Shown: piece by piece, positions 23,724 to 36,700 of the stretch
How the letters are laid out: the number at the start of each line of letters is the position of its first letter
How positions within the stretch are numbered: position 1 is the stretch's first letter
Notes under the pieces: model-generated
What the model was told of the DNA's origin: nothing
Database searches by the model: none
What the model saw: only the letters and a program-made list of their open reading frames with translations
Program-made: the position numbers and the translations under genes
Source of the DNA: Cladosporium halotolerans
Lineage: Eukaryota
DNA: 64,000 nucleotides
Assembly: GCF_011745625.1 (NCBI RefSeq)
Contig: NW_027191458.1
Coordinates: 124,001-188,000, forward strand
Direction: 5' to 3'

Positions 23724-24676
23724 GTTAGCTGTTGGATATCGTTGGCGATCTTTTTTTGGAGTTGTTCCTGGCGCTAATTGTTATGTGGGAGACGTTGTGG
23801 AGCAAAGACTTGATGTTGATCGATCGAAGAGGTCCATGGACCGATTGCTTGTGTACTTACTTGGAGGGCACCATTCACGGCGGCTCCTACATCATTGAGG
23901 GTGTCAATCATGATCATAGACGTAGTTTGACGGCCGTGAAGTAGCGACAGAAGACTCAACGGTGATCATGAGCCGATTTGCCGGTATACACTGGATAGTA
24001 TGATCGTTTATTCTTACAAAGCTGGTCAATGGGTGATGCCAGCTCCGTTCCTAAGGGTTAACCATCAGCAGCAGCAGCAAATTTGTGCTATAGTTCGTTG
24101 CTATAGAGTTGCCGAATAGAGTTGTTCCTCTAGCCGCCGATCGATTACACGCATTGATGCTCCCTTCGTCGATCATGATCTGGGCCTTGAAGCTCTCCGT
24201 AGGTACCACTGCCAGTGGTAACTTGACACATTCCGGGAAACAAGTCCAATGGTGAACACCCTATTACTGGCAACAAATGGGCAAAGAGTCCCGCTATCTT
24301 GATAATTCGTATGTACGCAACTACTGTGATCCATTTGGCTCTGATGGCACGTCAAGATGATATCAAGTTTATATGGGATCCGGAGCATGGATTGCAAAGC
24401 ACCATGGGGTATACCAGGGCGTGAGACCATGTAAGTGTATTGCTCACAAGCGGAAGGGCCTTTCAATATCCGTCTGGCTGTGTGTGTGAAGTGGGATCCG
24501 TTACGAATGACTTGCCTAAGCCTTGTGTTTATGTCGAGCTCAGGACAAGTTGCCGAAGCTATCTGAATCTCGATGAATCTCCGGCAGGACTCAAAAAGCA
24601 TTTCCGATGATCCATATTGTCCTCAGAAAGATCCGTGTACGTGCAAAAAGGGTGGTACGCCTGCTCTGGGGCAAAA

Positions 24677-24773
24677 TGCATCGGCCGGGAATCGAACCCG
24701 GGGCTGGCCGAATCAGATGGAGTCGGATGACGTCCAATGGCAACGGCCAATTTTACCACTAAACCACCAATGC
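24677..24773 (-). tRNA. tRNA-Gly(GCC) with a 26-nt intron (24737..24712)
   Basis: Acceptor stem GCATTGG/CCGATGC-A, D arm GTTTAGTGGTAAAAT, anticodon stem GGCCG/CGGCC with TT-GCC-A, T arm CCGGG-TTCGATT-CCCGG. Mature length 71 nt, followed by TTTT. Confidence 0.97.
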
Positions 24774-25092
24774 TTAGATGATCGACTTGCGTTTTGATTG
24801 TATATATCACTTTGTCAAAGTGCCTGTTCAGCCCTCTTGAAAAGATGTATAGTATTTACGAAACTGCCGCTGTCGATCTGCTCGCTTGATCAGTGTGGAG
24901 GAGGCCTCAAGACCGTCTTCGCTTCCATGAGGGGCTATACTAACGGGTGAGGTCTTGTTCATGATTTCATTGATGTTTAAACATCGTGACGGATCGTCGT
25001 CGATCGTATGCACACGCAATCCCAACCAGACTCACTGCGACCAGCGCACCGAGCCAACCCTCTCTTCGCTCCTGCCCTCAGAGCAGCATCCA

Positions 25093-25994
25093 TCATCGAA
25101 ACATAAACCCATCAGCAAGCACCTGCACCACCACCAACGCAACAAGCAGCCCTCCACTCACACCCCTCCTAACACCCGCTCCCAACCCTGGCTCACCATC
25201 CGCGCCCTGTCCCGGCTTACCCACATTCTCTCCAAACTCGCCAACCACGTTCCCAGCGGGATCATACTCACACACGAACAACCAGCCATCGTCCCCGCAA
25301 TCCGCCGCGCCGCAGCCCACGCTCGTCGTGTTCTTCCACACCAGCTGCGTGAAGTGGCCAACGTCTGTGGAGAACTTCTGCTTCTCGTAGTTGTAGTCGT
25401 CCTCCTCGTAGGCCCAGGCATCGATTGCAAGGGCTGGTGAAGGGTAGCCGCGGGCTAGGTTCTCGCCATGGGGGCCGCCCTGCAGTAATCGTTAGAGAGC
25501 TGTTCGGTGGATGAATTGGGTGAGGGTGGACGAACGGAATGAGAGAACTCGCAGTGATCTGCGTAGTTCCGAGCGTAGGATGCGAGTTCGTTGTTCCATC
25601 TGAGAGGGTTCGCTTCGTGGGCGGCACGGAAGTAGTTCGTACTGTTGAGGACGGCGTCTCGGAGAGACTGGCCTTGCCACGACATGTTTGTAGGAGCGGG
25701 AAGCGAGGGCTGAGATGAGGGTTGTAAACTATGCGAGTGCACCTTAGTCGATTGGAGCACGGTCGAGATGCCAATCGTGGATCCTGGTGCCGAACCAGTG
25801 GTTGTGTAAGTCACTGGCGAGCAAGAGAGGTCTGTCAAAACAACCCAGTATGTAGAAAGCACTGTTGTTGTTGTCGTCGAGGTCCTTGTTGTGCTTATTG
25901 AAGTTGATTCCTCTGCTCCAACGAAGAGTCTGCTCTGCATCACCATCAATAGTAGCACCTGCGCCGCCAGGGCGCGCAAAATGATGTAATGCAT
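25093..25994 (-). CDS. CAP/SCP/PR-1 family protein with signal peptide, S/T-rich linker and hydrophobic (GPI-like) C-terminus (exons 25994..25536, 25479..25093)
   Basis: LNSTNYFRAAH..PLRWNNELA, CEFSHS|GGPHGENLA, GHFTQLVWKNTTSVGCG and VCEYDPAGNV. Intron 25535..25480 (GTTCGT...CTAAC...CAG). Confidence 0.9.
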
Positions 25995-27156
25995 GGTATA
26001 AGCGATATGCCTGGTTTTCTGTTTAGCGTGTGCCCGGAATGCAGTTACCTCACCCGCGTGACAGACGCGTGGGCGGAGTGCTCCTTCGCGAATACGATGC
26101 GCATCTTGGGGAAAGAGGCGCGGTGCAGACGTAGGTTGAAGACATCGTCTGGGAATGCGAAGGAGTTTGTTACTTGCCGCTGACTTGTGTCTGAGGATGT
26201 GCTTCGAATAGGTCAGATTCACTTGTTACGCCGGCGCCAGAGTGAGACTGTTGTCGAAGGATTATTGGATCGCGGTTGTGCAGATTGCGCGACGTCAATG
26301 GCGTGCAGGGGTCAATGCAGGTGGTGTTATTGCGTTGGCAGGCGTCAAATGATGCGGAGTCGATGGTGATTGGCTGCAAAGCGAGCCCGGGAGCTGGTAC
26401 GCGCCCTGTCGTGTCGAGACCAGGTCTCAGCACTGTACCTCACAATATCTGGAAATGCCTTGACTGCAGCGTGTAATAGTAGCAAGTCGTCATAGTCTTG
26501 ACGTAGAGAAAGTGAAACGTCCACTCATGACAAGATCGCGGAGAATTGCAATACGAGGCTTGGGTTCCGCATCGCAAGGGAAACTTTTCCCGATTAGGCA
26601 ACTTTGTTGCGACGTGATCGAGCGTTCATTTGGAAGACATGGCAAGAGATGAATATGTGAGCAAGGGGCCGTTTGCCGATACAAGGGGACAAGAAAAAAA
26701 AATTAAGAACGTTCATGTGAGTATGGCATGGCATCCTGGGAGACTAGTAAAACCTGAACAATTCCCACGATGATAGCATTGATCAGTCCGCGTCGCATCG
26801 AACCTGTTGATCGAAGGTCCTGATAGTTCAGAAATTCGCCCAAGAATATTGACTATGCAACAACGGCCATGGTAGGCAACGTTTTCTCGATATCAAGATA
26901 TAATCAAGTGTCGTTCGTATGGCAGTGCTTTTATCTTCAATCAGGCTCGCCCCCGGAAGCGGATCCTCTTCCAGGGCAAACTTCGCGGGGGAAGGGTTCA
27001 TGACATGACCCATCACAACGGCATCAATCAGCATCTCGCAGGCGGGCCGAAGATGGGACCCGCAACGTACACGTGTGCTGCGAGCTTGAACTTCTCAAGC
27101 AATTCGCTGAGCAACAACATCCTCGAGACAAAGTACCGGCTGTGGCGGCCGCAGTG

Positions 27157-29214
27157 ATGAAGCGGACGCTCAACTCGTCCAAATCCCACAACGGCTGTTC
27201 GCGTTGTAAGGCGCGAAAGCTCAAATGCGATGAGGGTCGTCCTGCTTGCAAGGTGTGCGTTGACGCCGGGGCTGAATGTCCTGGATTTGTTCCTCAGTTG
27301 AAATGGTCGAGGAAGCATGAGAAGTTTGATGCAGGAGGTGGCTCCCAAGAGCCAAAGTCAAAGGCACGACGAAAGAACGAAGCCAAGCCTGCTGCGAGCC
27401 CACCACTTGCGGAAGATACGCCTGTCACAACAGAAGGAAATGAGCAAGTGGTGAGCCCTGTCGATGGCACTGCTGTCGGTCCTGTCACTGCCCCGGCTGG
27501 CCCGCCCGAGCAGATGGACTTTGACCCGGCAATGATGGACTGGATGAACTACGGACTAGGCAGCTTCGAGGATCTTACCAATGACAATATGGCTCAGCTT
27601 TTTGGTGGTGGTCAGGCCTTTGCGCAGTGCGACCCTTCAAGCGGCATGGCGAGCGCCGAGAACCGGATGATGCCCATGGGCCTTGATGCCTACACGCTCC
27701 CTCTGCTCTCAACGCCGTGGCATGGCAATGCACATACAGCCTCAGAAAGATCCGGTAGCTATGCTTCACCCGCGGCTGATCAAGCGCAGCCTGCTTCGAA
27801 TGTGCCCATCGATCAAGACAATGATCGCAAAGATGGCGGCAGTCTGCTCGGCGCTTTCTATCGGCTGGCTACCCCATCAAAGACGGCTAGATTCTCCGAA
27901 GAGCATCTAGTACAGCATTACTTCTCTGAAGTATGCTCTCTTTACTCATGCTTTGACTCCGATCAGAATCCTTTCCGCAGTCTAGTAAAAGAGATGAGAA
28001 AGGACTCTACAACTATCAATCTCTCAATACAGAGCATGGCAATCGCGCATCTATCAAACCACTACCTCTACATGGCGCCTCTAGGGCGAATCAAACGAAT
28101 GCAGTCATGGAAGTCACTACAAATCGACCTTCGCCGATACCGTGCAGGTAAAATCGCACTGGACAAAGTACTGATGAGCTGCTTGCTCCTAGGCCTCTCT
28201 TCAGCATGGCACCAACCCTCAGATCTCGGCCTACAATACCTCTTCATCGCCCGAAACTTGATCCAAATGTACCTCCGATCAAACCGACAAGCAACCTCCC
28301 CACTGCCCAACGAGAAATTCTACCTCGACGCCTTCATGCACTGGGAAATGCTCGCATCCTTCTTCGAGCCCGTCGCAATGGTCCCATTCCCAGGCTTCGG
28401 CGCCCCAGACCCACCCCTCCCAGACCGCGGCGAAACCGTCACACCCCACCCCTGGACCGGCGTCGCCCCAGAAATGAACTTCGCCCTCGCAGAAGTCGGC
28501 CGCGTGCTGCGCCGCCGCATGAGCCGGCTAGCCATGATGGGCGACTCGTACGCAGCCGAGCGGTCGCCGAGCGACGAGATCGACGAGCAGTGGTCTTCCT
28601 CTCTCGAGCGCCTCCTTTCATCCATCCGCCTACCCAGCGTCGACGACATCGAATCCTACGCGGACAAATACACGCCAAAAACCGACCTCCTCCGCGCCGC
28701 CGAAGCATACCGCTTCATCGGCCTGCTGGAGCTCTACATGATCGTGCCCACTCTCCTCGAAGCGCGCATCGACCGCGGCGAACCCTTCCCAGCCTCCCTA
28801 GACAACCAACCCTTCCCCTCCCCAGCGAGCAACAACGGCTTCCCCGCGCGCCGCGACTCCTGGCTCTCCGCGATCGCCCTGCACACGCTGCAGCTCATCA
28901 AGCCGGTGTCCATCCACTCGTCCTCGTGCCGCACGCACCTGCTCATCCTGGTCTCAGCCGGCAGCCAGCTGCGGATCCCGAGCGAAGCGGACGCGGACGG
29001 CGACGCGCAGAGCGAGCACCACGACAAAGTGCTCGAGGGGCGGGGCTTCGTGGACGCGCGGATGCTGGCGCTGTCGCGGAAGTACCCGCAGAAGCAGGTG
29101 TTGCAGATTCTGGACATTATCAAGGAGGCGTGGGAGAGGCTGGATCGGGGCGAGTTGAGGGTGCATTGGTTGGGGATCGCGCATGAGCAGGGGTGGCAGA
29201 CGATGCTGGGGTGA
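27157..29214 (+). CDS. Zn(II)2Cys6 transcription factor with a fungal-specific C-terminal domain
   Basis: GCSRCKARKLKCDEGRPACKVCVDAGAECPG is a canonical Cys6 cluster. Also CFDSDQNPFR and PHPWTGV motifs. The first ATG is at 27157; the ORF-track start is a GTG. Confidence 0.92.
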   Translation: MKRTLNSSKSHNGCSRCKARKLKCDEGRPACKVCVDAGAECPGFVPQLKWSRKHEKFDAGGGSQEPKSKARRKNEAKPAASPPLAEDTPVTTEGNEQVVSPVDGTAVGPVTAPAGPPEQMDFDPAMMDWMNYGLGSFEDLTNDNMAQLFGGGQAFAQCDPSSGMASAENRMMPMGLDAYTLPLLSTPWHGNAHTASERSGSYASPAADQAQPASNVPIDQDNDRKDGGSLLGAFYRLATPSKTARFSEEHLVQHYFSEVCSLYSCFDSDQNPFRSLVKEMRKDSTTINLSIQSMAIAHLSNHYLYMAPLGRIKRMQSWKSLQIDLRRYRAGKIALDKVLMSCLLLGLSSAWHQPSDLGLQYLFIARNLIQMYLRSNRQATSPLPNEKFYLDAFMHWEMLASFFEPVAMVPFPGFGAPDPPLPDRGETVTPHPWTGVAPEMNFALAEVGRVLRRRMSRLAMMGDSYAAERSPSDEIDEQWSSSLERLLSSIRLPSVDDIESYADKYTPKTDLLRAAEAYRFIGLLELYMIVPTLLEARIDRGEPFPASLDNQPFPSPASNNGFPARRDSWLSAIALHTLQLIKPVSIHSSSCRTHLLILVSAGSQLRIPSEADADGDAQSEHHDKVLEGRGFVDARMLALSRKYPQKQVLQILDIIKEAWERLDRGELRVHWLGIAHEQGWQTMLG

Positions 29215-29639
29215 GGTGTTGGCAGGCACGGGGGGCTGGGAGTAGCTTACTTGCGCTGGGGATTGAGTTGTCCTCAAGTAGATGTCGGAATTCATATCGT
29301 ACGCTCAAGACTCATTCGAGAGCCACGATGAAAGCTGGACCGAGTCTCCGTTGAATGAAGAGAATGATAGATTTCCATAGTATTGAATCATAGCTCCACT
29401 ACCTATTGCTCCAGCGGTAGCAGCGCGAGATAGAGATGAAGGTAGAAAGCAGTAAATCATACGAAGCAAAGGGTATCCTATATCGAAAAAAGGCCACTCT
29501 CCCGAGCGGTCAATGAAAAAAAGTATGAAGCTCGAAACAAGCAAGCAAATCGGCCGTAAAGAGCACTCAAACTAGTCCCCGAAATCCAGATACATCTTTT
29601 TATGTGATTCATCCAATCGTAGATGCGCCAACATGTCGT

Positions 29640-32266
29640 TCAAGCTGGAAGGTCGAGAAACGGGAGCAAGAATCGCGCGACCAGTCGCGAGGTGTAATAA
29701 CATTGGTTCCGGCAATCGAAGGGCACAGCCTTGCGATCGGTAAGTAGATCTCCTGTGAAAACACGTTAGCCCAGCACACCGGCCCAGACCTTCAGCGAGA
29801 AGCACTTACGTTTTTCCTCAAGCAAGTCGCGAACGTCTTTACAGAACAAATCCTCGTCCGCGTCGCGAAGCTGCGGCGTCTGCGCGCCAAAACTGCCCTC
29901 CCGATTCCACTTCCTGTCGCGGTACTTGCACTGGAACAGGGCGACCAGCAAGCCAAAGCGGTCGTCGATGCGCTCGCAAGCATTGCGAGCCTCCTGCTGC
30001 GCTGCGTCGAAAGAGCACTCGCGCTTGCGGGCTTTGGCATCGGCTTGGATGTGCATTGTGCGCTGGGTCTCTTCAAGAACCATCGCGAAGGTCAGGACGA
30101 CAACGAAGCTTGACAGCCAGGTCGAGTCTTTGCCACTGCTGGCGCAGAGGGTCGCTTGCTGCCACTTGAGAATTTCGTCGAAGATATTCTGGCGGAGCAT
30201 GTGGAAGAAGAACTTCAGCTGTCGGTTGGCGAGGCGAGGCGAGGCGTAGGGTTGTGGTTGAGAGGGCTTGTTCGGGTTGCGGACGAAGGCGTGCACACCG
30301 AAAAGAGAGTCTTCTGTTATTGTGAGGGTGTGGGCCATGATGTAAGTGATGATCATCATTCGTATGAGCTTTTGGAGTAGAAACTGAAGCTGTTTGAAAA
30401 AGTCAGTAGGGTCTATTGAATTCCTAGAAAGGTATCCTTACATCGATGTCATTGGTCGCCTGGTAGAGCCGGCATATCAGCGCAAGGAGTTCTGCCTGGA
30501 AGTTGTCGATCTGGGATTCCTCTTCAAAGCACCTCCAGGGGAAATGAATTAGATGTTCGTCTGTCATCAACTCGTCCAGATAGTTCTTGAAATGCCAATC
30601 ATCACTAGGTACCAATCTCATCACACCCAGGGGAGGCGACCATTTCTCATGGCGCACAGACTGACGCGTATGCGGGTTTTGCAGGTACTGGAACTGAGCC
30701 ATCAATTCCATTGTGGCGGGTTGGAACTCGTGTAGGATCCAGCGTAGTGGAGGACCATATCCACTGGTGAGGAAGACTTCAACTGGACGTGCTTCGTCCC
30801 ACATCTGGACCTGATCTTGCACGCAATCTTCAATATTCTGTTTTGAATGCATGGTCGTGAAGGACGGTGGCAAGAAGTCGTGCACAAAATCAGGTAGCTT
30901 GGATCTATCGCAGGCGAAGAAATACTGTTGGCCTTTTTGCGAAGTAATGACGTGCAAGCAACGAGCGCAAGGTGATCCATCATCAGGACACTGAGAGGTC
31001 AGTAAGGCTTAAGGACTAGAAGGCTATGGGAAAACTTACTGGATCACGTTGGAGTCTGCATCGCCAACAAGCGCCCTTCTTTCGCATCACCGAACTTCTT
31101 TTTCGTGCTTGCTCGGTGAGATGTGAGTTTGTCCTCCTGCCACCTTTGCGCTGCTTCTTATCCTGAGGTTCTTGTAACGACACGCCATTGGGAAACCCAG
31201 CAGCCGCAATAGGCCTTGGGCCTTGTCTCGGGACCGACGCGCGTGCTTGCTCGGCCTTACACGAAATTCGCTTCTGCGGAGACTGAGAGAGCTTTGGCTG
31301 AGATCTTGGAGTTTGTCTTTCGGCGCCACGACTTGCGGGCGCATTCATTGAATGTGACTGTATTGGAATAGTTGTAGGCTGTGAGGGAGCCATTTGGTGT
31401 TGATCCCTAGCGGGCAGGTCCGAAAAGCTAACGGCGGCAGTTGGACGCTGGGTGATTGCTGGCTGGTAAACGTAGTTCTGGCTCATGTACAGAGGGATCT
31501 GCGGCGTCGTAAGAGTGTTTGACTGATACTCTTGATAGTTGAATGACTGTTGTACGTTGCCCCAGGATGTGCCGTATATTGGAAAAGATTGAGTGTGTGT
31601 AGCCGGCAGTGGCTGACTACTTGGCATCGGCCTCAAAGGAAGGGTCATGTTCGCATTTGCGTGGAACCCGCTGGTGGGTATGCTTGCATTGTTGTCAAAG
31701 CCATACTGTGCAACTCTGTTCTGCTGCAGAGCGAAGTCGCTCCCGTCGCTGTTTGTCGTAGTGAACGAAGACCACTGTTGAGGAGTTGGCACGGGCAGGA
31801 AATCGCCTGGTGATGCCGACGGCCTGTAGGCTGAGGTGATGGCTGCGTCTGACACCTGCGAAGCAGGCTGGGCGACATGCAAGTAGTCGCTTGATCGACT
31901 GCTGAACGGCGAGATGAATTCGAAATCTTCAGAGGGACTCGTCGTATATGCGGAAATCAAGTCTGCATCATCGACGTTGTCCACATCGTTCAGTGAATCC
32001 AGAGCCGTGGAAGACGGTGTAAACTCGAGGTGGCCGTCCTCTGACGAGGGCGAGCTGTTCACTTGATTGACATGAGCCGAGGCATGTGGAGAATCAGGAG
32101 ACTTCCCAGGGCTGCTTGGAGCGGGAGTATCGTCGTAGTACATGGACGTCCACTTGTCGAATTCCTCGCTCGTCATGTCTTCGGGGCGACCTGGGTCGTT
32201 CACCCAGTCAAAAGGGCGGCCAAAATGGTCAACTCCCAGAGGGGAGGAGGACTGAGCAATAGCCAT
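29640..32266 (-). CDS. Putative transcription factor with an internal atypical Cys6 cluster (exons 32266..31040, 30990..30442, 30389..29810, 29752..29640)
   Basis: Three canonical introns (31039..30991, 30441..30390, 29809..29753) join four exons in frame. The first junction creates RKKGACWRCRLQRDP|CPDDGSPCARC...FFAC. The protein ends SRLVARFLLPFLDLPA*. Confidence 0.8.
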
Positions 32267-33751
32267 GTTGGATACTAAGAAAGCCTCATCACGGCCCGCG
32301 TGCGGCACGTATCACGCCTCGCGAGCTCGGGCGGTGAAATGGGAGCTGAGAGTAAGATGGAGTGGAGTTCAGGAATGGAGGATGGCGCTGACGGCCTGAG
32401 GCCACAAACAGCCCTTAGCGAGCCAATGGACGTGGAGGCAGAGCACACCGGTAAACTAGCGCATTGCTGCACCGGTGAGGAAGAGGTGAAAGTGGCACCG
32501 CGGCGTAGGGTGAGAGGGATGAAGCCCTGTTTCCGCGAGCGACTATGTCCCGCAAATAAACCCATCCCGCTTGCTGGCTTGATCGCGCTGCACTGCGGTC
32601 GAGTGAGGCGCAGCGCGAAGGCGTCGTTTTGCATGCACGGCGGGCGAGAACGTGAGATGAGACGTTCGTCCAATGACGGTTCAGAAGCAGCTGCATATCC
32701 GTAACACCACCTGCGAGCAACAGATCATCATCTCCCAGCTCACCGGATCACGCCTTGCTCTGCTTTGAGCCTCGCCACGTCAAGGCACTTCACCGGTGTC
32801 CGTGTTTCATTGGCAGGATCTTGTCCCATTTGCCGCCCAGCCGTTGTGTGCGGCGGCCCAGAACAAAAACCACCATCACATGGGCGATGCATCCATGCCT
32901 CAGCCATGAAAGCTGCACAGTGTCACCATGAGCCTCGTGCATGTGCGTCTTCAGGGTCGGATGAGCAAGGCATCAACACATGGCACCAACTCTGCGTGAT
33001 CCGAGCGCCAAGCGCTGGCGACCTCTCCTCGATGATCGTCAACTTTGGCCGGCGGCCTTGCGCAGACTCTCAGCCTTACAGGGCGTATACGGGACGGGAC
33101 AAACTCCATCCTCTCCAGCAGTCGGCCACACCCGCCATGGTAAACACCGAGAAGACCCGTTCGCCCTCGCCGCAAACGCCAGACAAGGATCCGCCAGGCA
33201 CATTCGCAGCCGAGGAACGTCCCAATGACGCGCGGTCACGCCTCAGCCCAAGCAAAATGACGTTAGAAACAGCTTGGGAGACAGCAGTCGACCTGCGCAA
33301 TGGCCGGCAAACCCCACTTCGTGCCAGGTAAGTTGGCACAAACCCGCAACAACCGCCCATCCCATGGGAGCCGATGATGGTCAATCGTCGGTTGTCAAAT
33401 GCGAGTCGTAAGTGCTTGTCGATCATCGTTCCTGAGTAGTCGCGTGCCGTCTTCGTCCCATTCCTCCTCGTCCTCAAACCATCTTGCATTGAGAATCGGG
33501 AGCACGCGACAGAGTGACCGCATTCTCCTAGCCAATCTCGATTCAACATCCTAGGCACATCGTGCGGTGACTCTCACTTGGCAACTCCAGATCCCAATTG
33601 CTTGGGTCCAAAGCTTTGCATGCAACTGTACTGTCTAGTCTAATTCAGCAAGTGGAGTCCTCTCTGCCGGAAGCCTTCCCGTCGAGCGTTCTTGAGTGCT
33701 CCGGCCGTTTGCACCACCTCGCTCGGCCATTGACACAAAAGACCGCCCTCC

Positions 33752-36700
33752 ATGTCGGGCCGCGACGACGTGGAAGATCGCCGACACTTCCACGGACCAT
33801 ACACGCCAAAGAGCACAATTCCTACGATCCAAAAGTACCGCGAGGAGAAAGAAGCACGGCGAGCCCAGGCTGGAGACATCCAGGAAGAGCGGGAAGACGA
33901 CGGCGAGCTTCTGTCTAGGAAAGAGACGGCGCGGCAATACTGGCACAGGAACGATGACAAGACGGGTCGACAAGACGAGCAATCGCAACAGCAAGATGGC
34001 CACCTCAACGACAAGGACCGCAATGGTTCGACAGAAGATGCAGGAGAGCAAGCGTACACCGGCGCGGAGATGCCGCAGGACACCTCGCAAGTGGATCCCC
34101 AGTCAATGGATCCCAAGGCCCGGATGAAGAGCAAGAACAAGCACAAGCAGGAGCGCATGGAGCGCGAGGTTACAGACCCAGTCACACACTTGCCTGTGCG
34201 GATCTTCGATTTCACGGACGAGGCGCTCGAAGAGATCAGCGAGAACGATCCGCCGCACGGCAGCACGCCGGAGACGTCGACGGGTCTTTTGGGGAAGTCG
34301 AAATCGGACGATGAGTTGCGAAAAGAGATGGATCGCATGCGGAGGGGACAGATGGAGATGAACGAAAAGTTCCCGCCGCCGAAGTTTACGGAGCTTAGGA
34401 AGGATTTGGAGGATATTGAGAAGAAGGGTGTGACGATTGGGTTGATTGGAATGGGATTTGTGGTATTTTTGGTATTGGTCTTCGAGAAGATGTTAGCGAG
34501 CCGGGATCACTCGTGGACACGAAGCGCAATCACTTGGACCTTCCTCGGTCTTGTTGCGATCGGCGGTGTGTGGGCCTCGGTTGCCGGAGTGCGAGACTGG
34601 ATGTCAAAGCGAATCAAGAGCGTCTGGGACGACGAGGTCTGGGACGCTGAGAAAACCAAGTTGGAAGCGGACAGTTCTCGACACGATGCAGAGAGTGTTC
34701 GGTGGCTGAACTCGCTCCTGGGATCTGTCTGGCCTCTAGTCAACCCCGATCTTTTTGTCAGTCTGGGAGACACGCTAGAGGATGTCATGCAGGCTTCGCT
34801 GCCGAAACTTGTGCGCATGGTCAGCGTCGACGATATCGGACAGGGAAGCGAGCCTTTGCGCATTTTGGGTGTTCGCTGGCTTCCAACTGCCGCCGCCGCG
34901 AGATCCGTTGACGAAAAGGGCAAGTTGAAAGAGGCGACTGACGGTGGCCACAACGATCGAAAAGTGTCTGGCGAGGGCCAGGTAGAGGACGCAGGGCCCG
35001 AAGATGAGCACAAACGCAAAGAAGAAAGCGGCAAAGAGCAAGCACAAGCTGTTGCTGAAGGTATGGAGGCTGAAGACGGCGACTTCGTCAATCTCGAGGT
35101 TGCTTTCGCCTACCGAGCCAGGACAGACAAGAAGTCAGTCGCGAGTCGCATGAAGGACATGCATTTGTACCTGGCTTTCTATTTGCCTGGCAACATCAAG
35201 CTTCCCATCTGGGTCGATCTCAAAGGTGTCGTTGGTACGATGCGGATGAGGTTACAGCTCACTCCCGACCCGCCATTTTTCGCTCTGTGCACAACGACTT
35301 TCCTCGGTCAGCCCAAAGTCCAGCTCAGCTGTCAGCCTTTGTCGAAACATGGCTTGAACATCATGGACGTCCCTCTCATCAGTCAATTCGTTCAATCGTC
35401 CGTCGACGCCGCAATGGCCGAGTACGTCGCACCGAAGAGCTTGACTCTGGATCTGAAAGACATGCTTGCCGGCGACGACTTCAAGAAGGACACAATCTCC
35501 CGTGGCGTGCTCGTGGTTACTATCGTTCGTGGCTACGACTTCAAGTGCGGCGACGCTGGGATCCCTCTGCTCAAAGACGGCAGCGCAGACCCGTACGTTT
35601 CCGTCGGGTGGGCCAAATTCGGCAAGGCGCTGTGGAGCACCAGGCTGCTGATGAATGAAATGTCACCAGTCTGGCTCGAGACAGCATACATGTTGGTCAC
35701 GCCCGAGGAACTCAACGTTGATGAGCGACTGCGCGTGCAACTTTGGGACTCCGACCGCTTCACAGCAGATGACGATCTTGGAAGGATCGAAGTTGACTTG
35801 AAAAACCTTATGAAAAACGAGCAAACAAATGGCAGGATGCATAAGCGCTGCGACGGCTTCCGCGCGTTGAAGAAAGGTCAAGATATGCCTGGTAAGCTCG
35901 AGTGGAATGTTGGGTATTTCTCCAAGACTCGCATTCAGGATTGCCAGCTGCAGCAGCAGACATTTGATCCAGACGTTCGGACCATGGAGCAGCTCAAAGA
36001 CCGTGTCGACGAGGTCAGCGAGAGGATGCTGCGTGAGGCTCAAATCAAGGACGGTGGGGACGAGAGTGACGAGAGGGAGCTGGAGCAGCAGAAAGCCCAG
36101 GAGCTTAAGTCCCGACAGGACAACATGATCATTTCTGCGCCACCGCCAGAAGGATACCCAAGTGGCATTTTCAGCATTCAAGTCCACCAAATCACAGGTC
36201 TTGAGCTGGAAAAACTTTCTAAAGAAACAAGCAGCCACGATTTCAACGACGAAGAGCAAGAGACTGGCGACTCATTGCCCAGCGCCTACTGCAACGTCAT
36301 CATCAACCACCGCAAGGTCTTCAAGACCCGCACCAAACCCCAAAATGCTAAGCCTTTCTTCAACGCAGGCACGGAACGCTTCATCGGCGACTGGCAAAAT
36401 GCTGAAGTACACGTTGCCGTACGCGACTCGCGTGTCCACGAAGATGATCCCCTCCTAGGCATCGTGCATCTCCCTCTGGCTGAAGTCTTCAAAGAACGCT
36501 CGCAGGTGAACGGCTTCTACCCTCTCGCCGGCGGCGTCGGCTACGGCCGCGTCCGCATCTCGATGGTCTGGCGCAGCATCCAGCTGCAGGCTCCTCCCGA
36601 AGCTCTCGGCTGGGAACTAGGCACGCTCGAAGTGAAACCAGAAATGCACGCGTCCAACCTCCCCGAGGGCTTCGGCGACCTGCGCCTCAAGCTGCGCACA

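Noticed and set aside
24000..24660. ORF 24173..24601 and unassigned DNA beside the tRNA (possible element relic)
   Set aside because: No terminal repeats, target-site duplication or transposase/RT motifs are visible.
33137..33733. Possible upstream coding exon (MVNTEK...AG|GTAAGT) for the SMP/C2 gene
   Set aside because: Splicing to the only nearby acceptor (33648) meets an in-frame TGA at 33731, before the ATG at 33752.
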